This document shows, piece after piece, positions 16,010 through 24,585 of a DNA stretch of 24,585 nucleotides (within the stretch, counting starts at the first letter, position 1; every line of letters starts with the position of its first letter). A program made the translations under genes and the position numbers. The notes below the pieces were generated by a model. That model did no database searches. It had not been told where the DNA came from and worked only from the letters and a program-made list of their open reading frames with translations. The stretch is from Candidatus Micrarchaeota archaeon (GTDB lineage: Archaea; Micrarchaeota; Micrarchaeia; Anstonellales; Bilamarchaeaceae). The DNA is taken from the NCBI GenBank assembly GCA_037440825.1, contig JBBITJ010000001.1, forward strand, positions 1 through 24,585. The letters are read 5' to 3'.

Positions 16010-16318
16010 ATGGCAAACCCGGCATTCAAGGAAAGACCAGAGGAACCCCCGAAAACGCAGGAATTCCAGAAGCAGGAACCGAAAGTCCAGATAGTGCCCA
16101 TTCCGACCCAGGATTCTTCCGAAAGTGCGAGGAGGGCCATGGATGCCGCAGAGAAGAGCCACAACAAGAACGTGGAGGCGAGCATGCAGATAACCAGGCT
16201 GCTCACAGGAAAATTCGACGACAGCCAGCTTCCGCTACTCAAGATGCTCGGCTCGGACAGGAGCGTGTACGAGGGCGCACGCATAAAGAGGGCGGTCCAG
16301 TACATAGAGTCGGTTTAG
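16010..16318 (+). CDS. Hypothetical protein
   Basis: 102-aa ORF with SD GGTGG and typical codon usage. Confidence 0.75.
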   Translation: MANPAFKERPEEPPKTQEFQKQEPKVQIVPIPTQDSSESARRAMDAAEKSHNKNVEASMQITRLLTGKFDDSQLPLLKMLGSDRSVYEGARIKRAVQYIESV

Positions 16319-16327
16319 GGTGCTCGC

Positions 16328-16567
16328 ATGGCCAAGAAAGACAGGAACCAGGAGAATCTCGTTTACAGCATCGAGGTAGAGCTCTACGGCAAGCCGCTCA
16401 TAATCACCACGCGCGTGGGGAAGGACTTCATAGACGCCACTGTGACGGACAAGAAGACCGGCGAGATGATGGAGTACGTGGCGCAGAAGGGGGACAAGAT
16501 AGAAGCGATCAAGAGGCACAACATGAGTGCCTCGGACATAAAGAAGATGATGGAGGCTAAATCCTGA
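16328..16567 (+). CDS. Hypothetical protein
   Basis: 79-aa ORF with SD GGGTG, 9 nt after the previous stop. Confidence 0.75.
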   Translation: MAKKDRNQENLVYSIEVELYGKPLIITTRVGKDFIDATVTDKKTGEMMEYVAQKGDKIEAIKRHNMSASDIKKMMEAKS

Positions 16568-16640
16568 GGGCCGCGGATCTGAAATGGGAAACGGCTTGGT
16601 GCAGGAGCGCCTTGCAACACCAGGAGGAATTCGGACTACA

Positions 16641-17936
16641 TTAGAAAAGGCCGAGGAAATCGAACAGGAAGAGCAGCGCGGTTATCCACATCCCTGCGTG
16701 TATCTCCTTCATCCTTCCGGCGAAGAGCTTGAGCAGCACGTACATTATCACTGCGAGCCCTATCCCGTGGCTAACGGAGAACGTGAGCGGAATCGCGGCG
16801 AGGCAGAACAGCGCAGGCACGCTCTCGCTGTAGTCGCGCACGTCGAGGCGCCTTATCCCTCCGAGCATGAGCAGCCCGACGATTATGAGCACAGGGGCAG
16901 TGGCTTCCACAGGCACGAGCTTTATTAGAGGGAGGAAGAACAGCGAAAGCGCGAAGAATATGGTGACGAACACCGCTGTCAGCCCTGTCCTGCCGCCGGA
17001 TTCGTACGCCGATGCGCTTTCCGCGTAAACGACCTGGGGCGAAGAGCCGAGGGCCGCGCCGAATATCGTGGCAAGCGAGTCGCTTATCATGACCTTGTCC
17101 AGGCCCTTGAGGTTGCCCTCGTTGTCAGCGTGCTTCCCCTGTATGAGGAGCGCTGTTGTGGTCCCGATCGTATCGAAGAACGCGACTATGAAAAGCCCCA
17201 GTATGATGGAGACTGAGAGCGTGCCCATGCTGAACAGCTCTGTGAGGTTGAACTTGAACGCGACCTCGCCCAGGTTCCTCGGGAATTCGCAGAACCCTAT
17301 TGCAACCGGCGCGCCGCCCATGTACGAGAGCATGAGCGCCAGTAGCGTGGTTAGCAGTATGCCGAAAAGGAACGCCCCGTTCACCTTCCTTATGAAGAGC
17401 AGGCCGGTTATCAGGAACCCGAAGATCGCTATGAGCGCTGCCGGAGAGAACACGTCGCCCATCGTTATGTATGTGAACTGCGAGGGGACTATTAGGTGCG
17501 CCCTTGTGAAGCCCACGAACACCAGCAGCAATCCTATCCCGCCGAGTATGCCGTAGCGCAGTCCCATCGGTATGGCTTCCACGAACCACACTCTCACCTT
17601 GCTCAGGGAGAGCGCGAGCAGTATCACGCCCACTACTAACGAGGCTGCGAGCGCCGCCTGCCATGAGATCCCGTAGGTCTTCACGAGCGTGTAGGTGAAG
17701 AAGACGTTGAGGGTCATTCCGGGAGCGATTATGTACGGCTTGTTGGCAATGAGCCCTACGAGGAGCGTGCCCAGCGCCGCAGCCATGGTGGTCGCGAAGA
17801 ACGCTCCGTCGAAGTCCATGCCTGCGTCGCGCAGCATCTGCGGGTTTATGAACAGGATGTATGAGGAGGCGAGGAAAATCGTGAGCGCGGCTATTAATTC
17901 GTCGCGCAGTTTCACCTTTCCGAAATCGAATATCAT
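16641..17936 (-). CDS. NCS2 family (AzgA-like) purine permease
   Basis: YILFINPQML, APGM.LN.FF.YT, FFDTIGT, ESAS..ESGGRTGLTA, IPLTFS; many TM segments. Confidence 0.9.
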   Translation of the reverse strand: MIFDFGKVKLRDELIAALTIFLASSYILFINPQMLRDAGMDFDGAFFATTMAAALGTLLVGLIANKPYIIAPGMTLNVFFTYTLVKTYGISWQAALAASLVVGVILLALSLSKVRVWFVEAIPMGLRYGILGGIGLLLVFVGFTRAHLIVPSQFTYITMGDVFSPAALIAIFGFLITGLLFIRKVNGAFLFGILLTTLLALMLSYMGGAPVAIGFCEFPRNLGEVAFKFNLTELFSMGTLSVSIILGLFIVAFFDTIGTTTALLIQGKHADNEGNLKGLDKVMISDSLATIFGAALGSSPQVVYAESASAYESGGRTGLTAVFVTIFFALSLFFLPLIKLVPVEATAPVLIIVGLLMLGGIRRLDVRDYSESVPALFCLAAIPLTFSVSHGIGLAVIMYVLLKLFAGRMKEIHAGMWITALLFLFDFLGLF

Positions 17937-17944
17937 CTGGGCAC

Positions 17945-18334
17945 CTATATGTCGAAGAGCACTTGGATGGAGCACCCTCCTTTCCCTTCCTTCACTTCCA
18001 GCATATGGAAGGTAACTGCTTTTATTATGTTTTTAAGGGTTTTGTATTCGCCGCGTACCTCGCATTTCACGGATTTTCCATCGAAATCGAGGACTTTCAT
18101 CTTTGCGGGCGTGAAGCCCTCGACCTCGCACCTCGCCAGAATTTCAGAGAAGAGGAACACGACGAGTTCGTCCCTGCGCTCCCGCTCCATTGAGAATTGC
18201 AGGATCTCCTTCTGCCTCGCCTTCCCCATGAGCGAGAACATCCCGCGTGCGGCCTCCTCGAGCGCCGATGGGAAATCCTTGCCTTCGGCGATCACGCCTA
18301 TGTCGGCAGTGTGCTCGAGTATCTTGAACGGCAT
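17945..18334 (-). CDS. Archease
   Basis: EHTADIG, IKAVTFH, C-terminal FDI. Confidence 0.92.
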   Translation of the reverse strand: MPFKILEHTADIGVIAEGKDFPSALEEAARGMFSLMGKARQKEILQFSMERERRDELVVFLFSEILARCEVEGFTPAKMKVLDFDGKSVKCEVRGEYKTLKNIIKAVTFHMLEVKEGKGGCSIQVLFDI

Positions 18335-20763
18335 CAGGAACCAGCCTGCTTCTCCTGCTCCGGAGCGAACTCCGCAGAAACGAGCTCGGCTTTTTCAGAC
18401 TTCTCTATTTCAAGCTTCTCGATCTTCATCGCGCCCTTCACATCCTCCTCGAATCCTGAGATGTCCGGGCATTTCGCCTTCACGAGCAAGAGCTTAGAAT
18501 TCATCGCCTTCTTGTTGGACGCCTTGTACTGCCTGATGAGCTTCACCAATTCGTTGGTCGCGCTGGCTTTGGCTATCGCATCGGAATCTATCGCCCCCGG
18601 CTTGGGCCACGCGCTCCTGTGCACGCTCCCTTTCTCCCTGAAGAGCTCTGTCCAGAGCTCCTCGCTTATGTGCGGAGTTATGGGCGCGAGCAGCTTTACC
18701 GTATTGTAAAGGACGTAGCGCATCGCGTATTGGGCAGCCTTCTTCGCCTCGGCGCCGTAAATCTGCGGGTCGTATATGCGGTGCTTCACGTACTCAAGGT
18801 AATTGTCGCAGAAGTCGTGCCAGTAGAACTGGTACACCTTGTTCATCGCGTAATGGTATTCGAACGCCTCCATGTGCGCAGTGAAGTCGCGTATGGTCTC
18901 GTTCATCCTGGAGATTATCCATTTGTCAACAGGGCGCAGCTCGCCTTCTCCGCCGGAGTAGCCTTCAAGGCTTATCTCGACCAGCTTCGCGGAATTCCAC
19001 AACTTGTTGAGGAAGCTCTTCGCGTACCTTATGTCCTCGTAGGAGAACGGCCTGTCCTTGGCCATCGCGCCGCTAAGCGCTGCCCACTGCCTTATCGCGT
19101 CCGTCGGATACTCAGTCTTGAGCTGCTCCGGGCTTATCACATTGCCCAGGGACTTGCTCATCTTCTTCCCGTCCGGAGCGAGCACGTTCCCGTTCAGCAG
19201 TATCGTTCTCCACGGAGCTTTTCCGGTGAGCATGCCGCTCCTGTAAATTGTGTAAAAGGCCCATGTGCGCACTATTTCCACGCCCTGGGGACGGAGGGAG
19301 ACAGGATAGAGTTTTTCCCAGTTTCGGGTTTTGGGTTTTGCCTGACTGGAGACTGGAGACTGGGAACCGGAAACCGCTCCGTCTGGCCAGCCGGCTATTA
19401 TCAGAGGAGTTATGCTGGAATCCACCCAGCAGTCGCACGTGCTCGTCTCAGGCTTCATCTGCGTTCCGCACTGCGCGCAGGTTTTGGGTTTCGCGTTTTC
19501 CGCATAGAACGGCAATTCATCTGCAGGCGCGGTGGCGTTGCACTTCTCGCAATAATAGAAAGGAAGGGGTGTTCCGAAAACCCTCTGCCTGGAAATCACC
19601 CAGTCCCAGTCCACGTTGTCAACCCAGTCCGTTAGGTATGAGATGCCGAAGGAAGGCACCCACTCCACTTGCTTGGCGAATTCCTTTATCTGCGAAGCCT
19701 TGGCCTTTATGTCTCCGAACCACTGCATGCTGAGTATGAATTCGACCGGAGTTTTGCACCTGTCGTGGACCTTCACGACCTGGGGCTTCTTCTCCTGCCT
19801 CACCAGCGCGCCGGAGGCCTTGAGCTTCTCGATGATCTTGGCCCTCGCGGCCTCTACCTTGAGCCCGTCGAATTCCCCTGTGCCCTCCATCTTGCCGTAC
19901 TGGTTTATCACGTTCTTGAAAGGAAGCTTGTACCTGTGCGCCCACACCACATCCATCTTGTCGCCGAACGTGCACACCATCATGAGCCCGGTGCCGAACT
20001 CCTTCTCCACGTCCTTGTCAGCTATTATCGGGACTTCGACTCCGAGCGGGGTTTTCGCTTTCTTGCCTTCCAGTTTTTTGTACCGTTCGTCCGAGGGGTT
20101 GAACATCATCGCCACGCATGCGGGAATCAGTTCGGGACGCGTTGTTGCAATCAGCAGCGGCTCGTTGTTCGGTCCGGTAAAGTTTATGTAATTCATGAAC
20201 GTGTCGCGCTCCAAATCCTCAAGCTCCGCTTTAGCTATGGCGCTCACGCAGCTCGGGCACCAGTGCACAGGGTAGGCTGCGCGGTATATCTGCTTGTTCC
20301 AGTACATTTCTATGAGAGAGAGCTGGACTTTGCGATGATAGTCCGGATCCATGGTCCGGTACTCGTACCTCCAGTCAGGGGAGAAGCCCATCTCCACCAT
20401 CTGTTTTTTCATGCGTGCAATCATTTCGTGTGTCCACTCGACGCATTTTTGCCTGAATTCCGCAGGAGGCAGCTTGCCGTATTTCTTCTCCACCTTCACT
20501 TCGGTGGGGAAGCCCTGGGTGTCCCAACCCTGAGGGTAGAACACATTGAAGCCGTTCATCCTCTTGTATCTGGCTATGAAGTCGAAGAACGAATACGAGA
20601 GCACATGGCCCATGTGCAAATCCCCTGAGGTGAAGGGCGGCGGAGTGTCCAGCGAATAGACGGGTTTCGTGTTGTCGGTTTCGTCGAACTTGTACGTCCC
20701 TTCCTTATCCCATTGCTTCTGCCATTTCGCCTCTATGTCCTTTGAGTAATTCTTCGCGAGCAT
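18334..20763 (-). CDS. valS: Valine--tRNA ligase
   Basis: DTPPPFTSGDLHMGH, ATTRPE, DWVISRQR, KMSKS; SD GGGTGG before ATG 20763. Confidence 0.95.
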   Translation of the reverse strand: MLAKNYSKDIEAKWQKQWDKEGTYKFDETDNTKPVYSLDTPPPFTSGDLHMGHVLSYSFFDFIARYKRMNGFNVFYPQGWDTQGFPTEVKVEKKYGKLPPAEFRQKCVEWTHEMIARMKKQMVEMGFSPDWRYEYRTMDPDYHRKVQLSLIEMYWNKQIYRAAYPVHWCPSCVSAIAKAELEDLERDTFMNYINFTGPNNEPLLIATTRPELIPACVAMMFNPSDERYKKLEGKKAKTPLGVEVPIIADKDVEKEFGTGLMMVCTFGDKMDVVWAHRYKLPFKNVINQYGKMEGTGEFDGLKVEAARAKIIEKLKASGALVRQEKKPQVVKVHDRCKTPVEFILSMQWFGDIKAKASQIKEFAKQVEWVPSFGISYLTDWVDNVDWDWVISRQRVFGTPLPFYYCEKCNATAPADELPFYAENAKPKTCAQCGTQMKPETSTCDCWVDSSITPLIIAGWPDGAVSGSQSPVSSQAKPKTRNWEKLYPVSLRPQGVEIVRTWAFYTIYRSGMLTGKAPWRTILLNGNVLAPDGKKMSKSLGNVISPEQLKTEYPTDAIRQWAALSGAMAKDRPFSYEDIRYAKSFLNKLWNSAKLVEISLEGYSGGEGELRPVDKWIISRMNETIRDFTAHMEAFEYHYAMNKVYQFYWHDFCDNYLEYVKHRIYDPQIYGAEAKKAAQYAMRYVLYNTVKLLAPITPHISEELWTELFREKGSVHRSAWPKPGAIDSDAIAKASATNELVKLIRQYKASNKKAMNSKLLLVKAKCPDISGFEEDVKGAMKIEKLEIEKSEKAELVSAEFAPEQEKQAGS
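19314..19378. repeat. Two-armed heptamer repeat inside valS
   Basis: TTTCCCA GTTTCGG GTTTTGG GTTTTGC ct GACTGGA GACTGGA GACTGGG AACCGGA AACCGCT. Confidence 0.75.
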
Positions 20764-20886
20764 CAGTTTCCACCCTAGGATTCGCTGGTTATGAGTATGG
20801 ACGGCTACAATTAAAACCATATTCCTCACGAGACGAATGTCCCAATTGAAACAAAAAAGTCCTGAAAACCGCGGATTGGCGCGCAA

Positions 20887-20896
20887 TATTTAAATA
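20887..20896. promoter_or_regulatory. Palindromic TATA box
   Basis: TATTTAAATA; TTTAAATA begins 31 nt before ATG 20920. Confidence 0.6.
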
Positions 20897-20919
20897 GCGA
20901 GTCTGGTCCCATGAAGTAC

Positions 20920-21930
20920 ATGGATCTACACTTTCAGCCTCAGAGAGGCGAAACGGCGAAACCCGGCACGCAGAACGGGAAACAGGCTTCCGGTCTCCGC
21001 CCCATAGACATCAGGGCGGTGCTCAAGACGCAGACACTCCTCGAAGGGATAGAGAAGATGCCGAATGTGGAGATCGTGGAAAAGGTGGATGTGAAGAAAT
21101 ACGCGCTGGGATGCAGGAACGAGCACGGCACCCTCAAGACAGTCGTGATCTCACTGCCCACATACCTGGACTGGGACGTGCCGATAAACGAGAAGGAGGC
21201 GAGCGGCATAAAGCCGGACCGCTGCAAAGCCGTGGAGCAGCACGCGCAGTTCATAAACACGCTCGTGAATTTCGGGATAAACGTGGTTGTGCTAAAGCCC
21301 GCGAAGGAGCGGCTGGAAGGCGTTTATACTCGCGACATAGGCATGGTCATAGGCAGCAAGTTCATACACGGGAACCTCGTAGCCGAGCCGCGCTGGCCGG
21401 AGATGGAGACCGTGACAGGCGGAATAGTTGCTCCAAAGGAGGTGCAGCTCGAAGGCGGAAACGTGATCATCGAGGGCGAGCACGTATTCGTGGGCGTGGG
21501 GCGGCGCGGCAACATGGAGGGCGTTGAATGGCTCCAGCACGAGCTCGGGACTTCTTACAAGGTCAAGCCGATAGCACTCAGGCAGGAGATACTCCACCTC
21601 GACTGCGTGTTCAGCCCTGTGCAGCCGCAGAATGGGAGGAAGAGCGGCGCCCTAGTATACGCGCCTGCGTTCAAAAGCGACAGGGACCTGACGTTCTTCG
21701 AGAAGGTGTACGGGCAGCTCCACTACCTCAAGGACCACGAATACCCGGCCCTTGCTGCTAACATAGTGTGGCTGGACGAGAGCACGATAATAGCCAACCC
21801 GAACTGCAAGATCGCTTACGGAGTGCTCACCAAGATGTTCGGGCTCACCGCGATACCTATTGACATGAGCGAGATAGTGAAGGCTGATGGGGGGCCGCGG
21901 TGCTCCACTCTTCCGCTCCTGCGGGAGTAA
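20920..21930 (+). CDS. Amidinotransferase / dimethylarginine dimethylaminohydrolase / arginine deiminase superfamily protein
   Basis: YTRD, LEGG, LHLDC, GGPRCST (catalytic Cys). Start chosen from TATA spacing (alternative 20911). Confidence 0.85.
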   Translation: MDLHFQPQRGETAKPGTQNGKQASGLRPIDIRAVLKTQTLLEGIEKMPNVEIVEKVDVKKYALGCRNEHGTLKTVVISLPTYLDWDVPINEKEASGIKPDRCKAVEQHAQFINTLVNFGINVVVLKPAKERLEGVYTRDIGMVIGSKFIHGNLVAEPRWPEMETVTGGIVAPKEVQLEGGNVIIEGEHVFVGVGRRGNMEGVEWLQHELGTSYKVKPIALRQEILHLDCVFSPVQPQNGRKSGALVYAPAFKSDRDLTFFEKVYGQLHYLKDHEYPALAANIVWLDESTIIANPNCKIAYGVLTKMFGLTAIPIDMSEIVKADGGPRCSTLPLLRE

Positions 21931-21998
21931 TTAGATACATTTATATATATCTTTTACCATAAATAATACCATCAGTCAAATTGATTAGAGGTGAAAAT

Positions 21999-22379
21999 AT
22001 GGAAGCCACTGTTCATAAGCCGGTAAAACCCATAGACTCTAAATTCGTCGCGCTCGGCCGGATGGCTAAACGCGGACCATTCAAGCAGTTCGTGCTCCTC
22101 TTGGGCGGAAACAAGCTCGAGGAAATAAGGCTATCCGTCCAGATGGCGGAGAACTGCGAGAAAGCGGCTGACAAGCACCTCCAAGACAAGGAATACGCGC
22201 CTGCGATAAAGAAGTACGGCATGGCTTTGGAATGCCTGCGCGACGCTGCAAGGTACGTTTCGCCCTGCTTCGAAAAGGACAAAGCACCTACCATGCACAA
22301 AAGAATCAAGGCCAAAATGGAGATAATAACTGCGAAGATGGAAGATGCGATCGCGACGAAGGCTACCGAAGGGAAATAG
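21999..22379 (+). CDS. Hypothetical helical protein (MIT/TPR-like helices)
   Basis: SD GAGGTGA and an upstream TTTATATA; helical hairpin-like sequence. Confidence 0.7.
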   Translation: MEATVHKPVKPIDSKFVALGRMAKRGPFKQFVLLLGGNKLEEIRLSVQMAENCEKAADKHLQDKEYAPAIKKYGMALECLRDAARYVSPCFEKDKAPTMHKRIKAKMEIITAKMEDAIATKATEGK

Positions 22380-23582
22380 TTAGGCGAGCTTCTCTATCTT
22401 TTTCACTTCTTCCACAAGAGTTTCCACTTCCTTCTTCGTGTTGTAGAGGTAGAAGGACGCACGCACTGCGCCTTCGCACGCGCCTATGTGCTCCATCCCC
22501 GGCTGGGCGCAGAACACGCCGCTTCTCACAGCGATCCCTTTCATCTTGTCCAGCATTATCGCAACCTGGTGCGGCGCTACGTTCCTTACGTTGAATGTGA
22601 ATATTCCTGTCCTTTTCGAAACATCTTTAGGGCCGTATATCTTCACGTTCTGCACTGCTGAAAGCCCGTCCAACGCGATTTTAGAGAGCTCCTTCTCGTG
22701 CTGCTCTATGTTCTTCAACCCTACTCTTTTCAGGTATTCCGCTGCCTCGCCCAATCCTATGATGCCTGAATAGTGCTGTATTCCCGCCTCGAATTTGCGG
22801 GGCGGCTTGGCCCACACGATGGAATCGGTCTTGACCTGGTCGATAGTGTCCCCGCCGACTATGAAAGGAGGCATGGCTTCGAGATGCTCGTATTTCGCAA
22901 CAAGCGCGCCTATTCCCGTGGGACCGAGCATCTTGTGCCCTGAGAACGTGAGGTAGTCCGCGCCCATCTTCTGGAAATTTATCTCGGAGTGCGGGACGCC
23001 CTGCGCTGCGTCCACTATCACCTGCGCGCCGTTGTCGTGCGCAATCTTCACAATCTCCTGTACAGGGTTCTTCGTTCCCAGCGTGTTGTTCGTGTGGTGT
23101 ATCGCGACCAGCGCGGTATTCCTGTCTATCATATCCTCGTACTGCGAGATGTCGAACGTGCCGTCCGGCAAAGGCGTGGCGCGCACCAGCTCCACCTCTC
23201 TTCTGAGCGCCTTTATTTCGAATGGAAGCATGGACGAGTGGTGCTCGAGTATCGTGCCTACGACCTTCTTGCGCTTGGAGAAATCGAATGTCTTCGCGAC
23301 GAGGTTCAGCGCTTCGGAGCAGTTCTTGGTATAGACGATGTTCTCTGGCTTCGCTCCCAAAAAGGACGCGATTTTCGATCTTCCTTCCTCCACCTTCTCG
23401 CTCACCAGCCGGGAAAGCTTGTGCGCGCTCCTTCCAGCGCATCCCCCGTATTCGGTGTAATAGCGCATCTCCGCATCTATCACCTGCCGCGGCTTGAGCG
23501 TGGTGCAGGCGTTGTCGAAGTAGATTACATCCTTGTGCTTCTGCAGAATTGGGAAATCCTCGCGGAGCTTTTCGTTCAGCAT
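22380..23582 (-). CDS. sufS: Cysteine desulfurase, SufS-like (class V aminotransferase)
   Basis: REDFPIL, YFDNACT, EHHS, DAAQ, SGHKMLGPTG (PLP Lys), RSGVFCAQP, RASFYLYN. Alternative GTG start at 23591. Confidence 0.88.
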   Translation of the reverse strand: MLNEKLREDFPILQKHKDVIYFDNACTTLKPRQVIDAEMRYYTEYGGCAGRSAHKLSRLVSEKVEEGRSKIASFLGAKPENIVYTKNCSEALNLVAKTFDFSKRKKVVGTILEHHSSMLPFEIKALRREVELVRATPLPDGTFDISQYEDMIDRNTALVAIHHTNNTLGTKNPVQEIVKIAHDNGAQVIVDAAQGVPHSEINFQKMGADYLTFSGHKMLGPTGIGALVAKYEHLEAMPPFIVGGDTIDQVKTDSIVWAKPPRKFEAGIQHYSGIIGLGEAAEYLKRVGLKNIEQHEKELSKIALDGLSAVQNVKIYGPKDVSKRTGIFTFNVRNVAPHQVAIMLDKMKGIAVRSGVFCAQPGMEHIGACEGAVRASFYLYNTKKEVETLVEEVKKIEKLA

Positions 23583-23583
23583 C

Positions 23584-24498
23584 TCATCCACCCAGATGCC
23601 TGTCTATGGCAGCCTTGAGCTCATCGTAGCTGACCATGCCCACGAAGTGCTCGCCGCCTATGCAGAATGTCGGAGTGCCGTATATGCCCACGTCCTTGCC
23701 TTCCTGCACCAGCTTGTCGATCTCGTTCGCGTATTTCTGCGACGTAAAGCACGAGCTGAAAGAATTCATGTCCAGCCCGCTCTCCTGCGCTATGGCAGCG
23801 AGCGTCGCGTTGCCTCCTGATTTCCACGCATCCTGCTCTGCGAAGAGCGCCTGCCTATATGCCATATATCTCTCTGTGCCCTGCTCGTATGCGCACCAGG
23901 ATGCAAGCGCGGCTTCCCTGCTGTACGGGTGGTCCGGAAGAGGGAAAGTCTTGTACACGAACTGCACCTTGTTCCCGTATTCGGAATAGAGCTGCTGGAC
24001 GATCGGTTCGGCTTTCGCGGTGAATGCGCAGGAATAGCACCCGAATTCGTACACTACGAGGCTGTAGTTCGCGTTCCCGAAGCTCTGGCCGTCCGCGGTC
24101 TTGGGAGGCAGGAGTTCGGCGGGCTTGCTTATCACGGTGCCCTGCGCCAGGTCCCTGAGCGCGCAGAACCCCCCTGCCGGGCCGTTGCAGTTCCCGTATA
24201 CTGCGAAATTATACACGACCACGAAAGAATAGAGGGTGCTGGCAATGGCGATTATGGCGAACGCCGAGGAAAGGAGTGCGAAATGCCCGTGCACCGCCTT
24301 CGCTGCCCAGGGCGAGAGCGGAAGCAGCCTGCCCACGATCTCCGCCTTTATCTTCTCGTCGAATTTGGTGTCGCACTTCCTCAAGGTGACAGTGTTCATG
24401 AAGCAGTGGAACGCCTCCTTCGCGTACGTGCGGTATTTCGCGGAAAAAATTCCAATAACAGCGAAGACCGCGAGCGCTATTATGCAGATTAGAGCCAT
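23584..24498 (-). CDS. Membrane-anchored DsbA-like thioredoxin-fold protein
   Basis: N-terminal TM segments; FGN..VYEFGCYSC, YKTFPL..H, AALASWCA..QG, GTPTF (cis-Pro loop). Confidence 0.85.
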   Translation of the reverse strand: MALICIIALAVFAVIGIFSAKYRTYAKEAFHCFMNTVTLRKCDTKFDEKIKAEIVGRLLPLSPWAAKAVHGHFALLSSAFAIIAIASTLYSFVVVYNFAVYGNCNGPAGGFCALRDLAQGTVISKPAELLPPKTADGQSFGNANYSLVVYEFGCYSCAFTAKAEPIVQQLYSEYGNKVQFVYKTFPLPDHPYSREAALASWCAYEQGTERYMAYRQALFAEQDAWKSGGNATLAAIAQESGLDMNSFSSCFTSQKYANEIDKLVQEGKDVGIYGTPTFCIGGEHFVGMVSYDELKAAIDRHLGG

Positions 24499-24557
24499 CG
24501 CTATCCCTGTTGGTAGTGGTTAGCACGCCCCTATTTTAATTGGTTTTGCTTGTTGTA

Positions 24558-24585
24558 CGGAAAAAGAAAAAGGAAAACGCAGGAA
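24558..24585 (-). terminator. U-rich terminator-like tract of an upstream minus-strand gene
   Basis: Minus strand reads TTCCTGCGTTTTCCTTTTTCTTTTTCCG. Confidence 0.35.

Noticed and set aside
1..24585. CRISPR array, tRNA genes, transposases, integrases
   Set aside because: No regularly spaced repeats, cloverleaf signatures or recombinase motifs were seen by eye.

Overview
Gene-dense archaeal chromosomal window. Archaeal markers are class I LysRS, Rpo6, eL41/eS32, archease, PINA, TATA boxes and GGTG-type Shine-Dalgarno sites; a DPANN/Micrarchaeota-like origin is my inference only. Housekeeping genes (rpoK, lysS, PINA, htpX, lemA, glmM-like mutase, NCS2 permease, archease, valS, SufS-like desulfurase, DsbA-like protein) surround a small amino-acid biosynthesis block: an ArgB/LysZ-like kinase, a CimA-like synthase and a divergent LeuA-like synthase. 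The main unannotated signal is a pair of similarly built 5' leaders: TATA box, a short ORF starting 30-31 nt after the first TATA base (i.e. leaderless), its stop codon in the loop of a GC hairpin, a U-rich tract, then SD + ATG about 105 nt after the stop. The leader before the leuA-like gene ends in LLLSLLLA (6 Leu in the last 8 codons), which points to leader-peptide, ribosome-dependent attenuation in an archaeon. Other signals: the SD-matched ATG of the argB-like gene is one base out of frame, heptamer-repeat insertions lie in frame inside valS and glmM, an eL41 gene is missing from the ORF track, and there is an internally deleted membrane-protein pseudogene and a structured non-coding region at the left edge.
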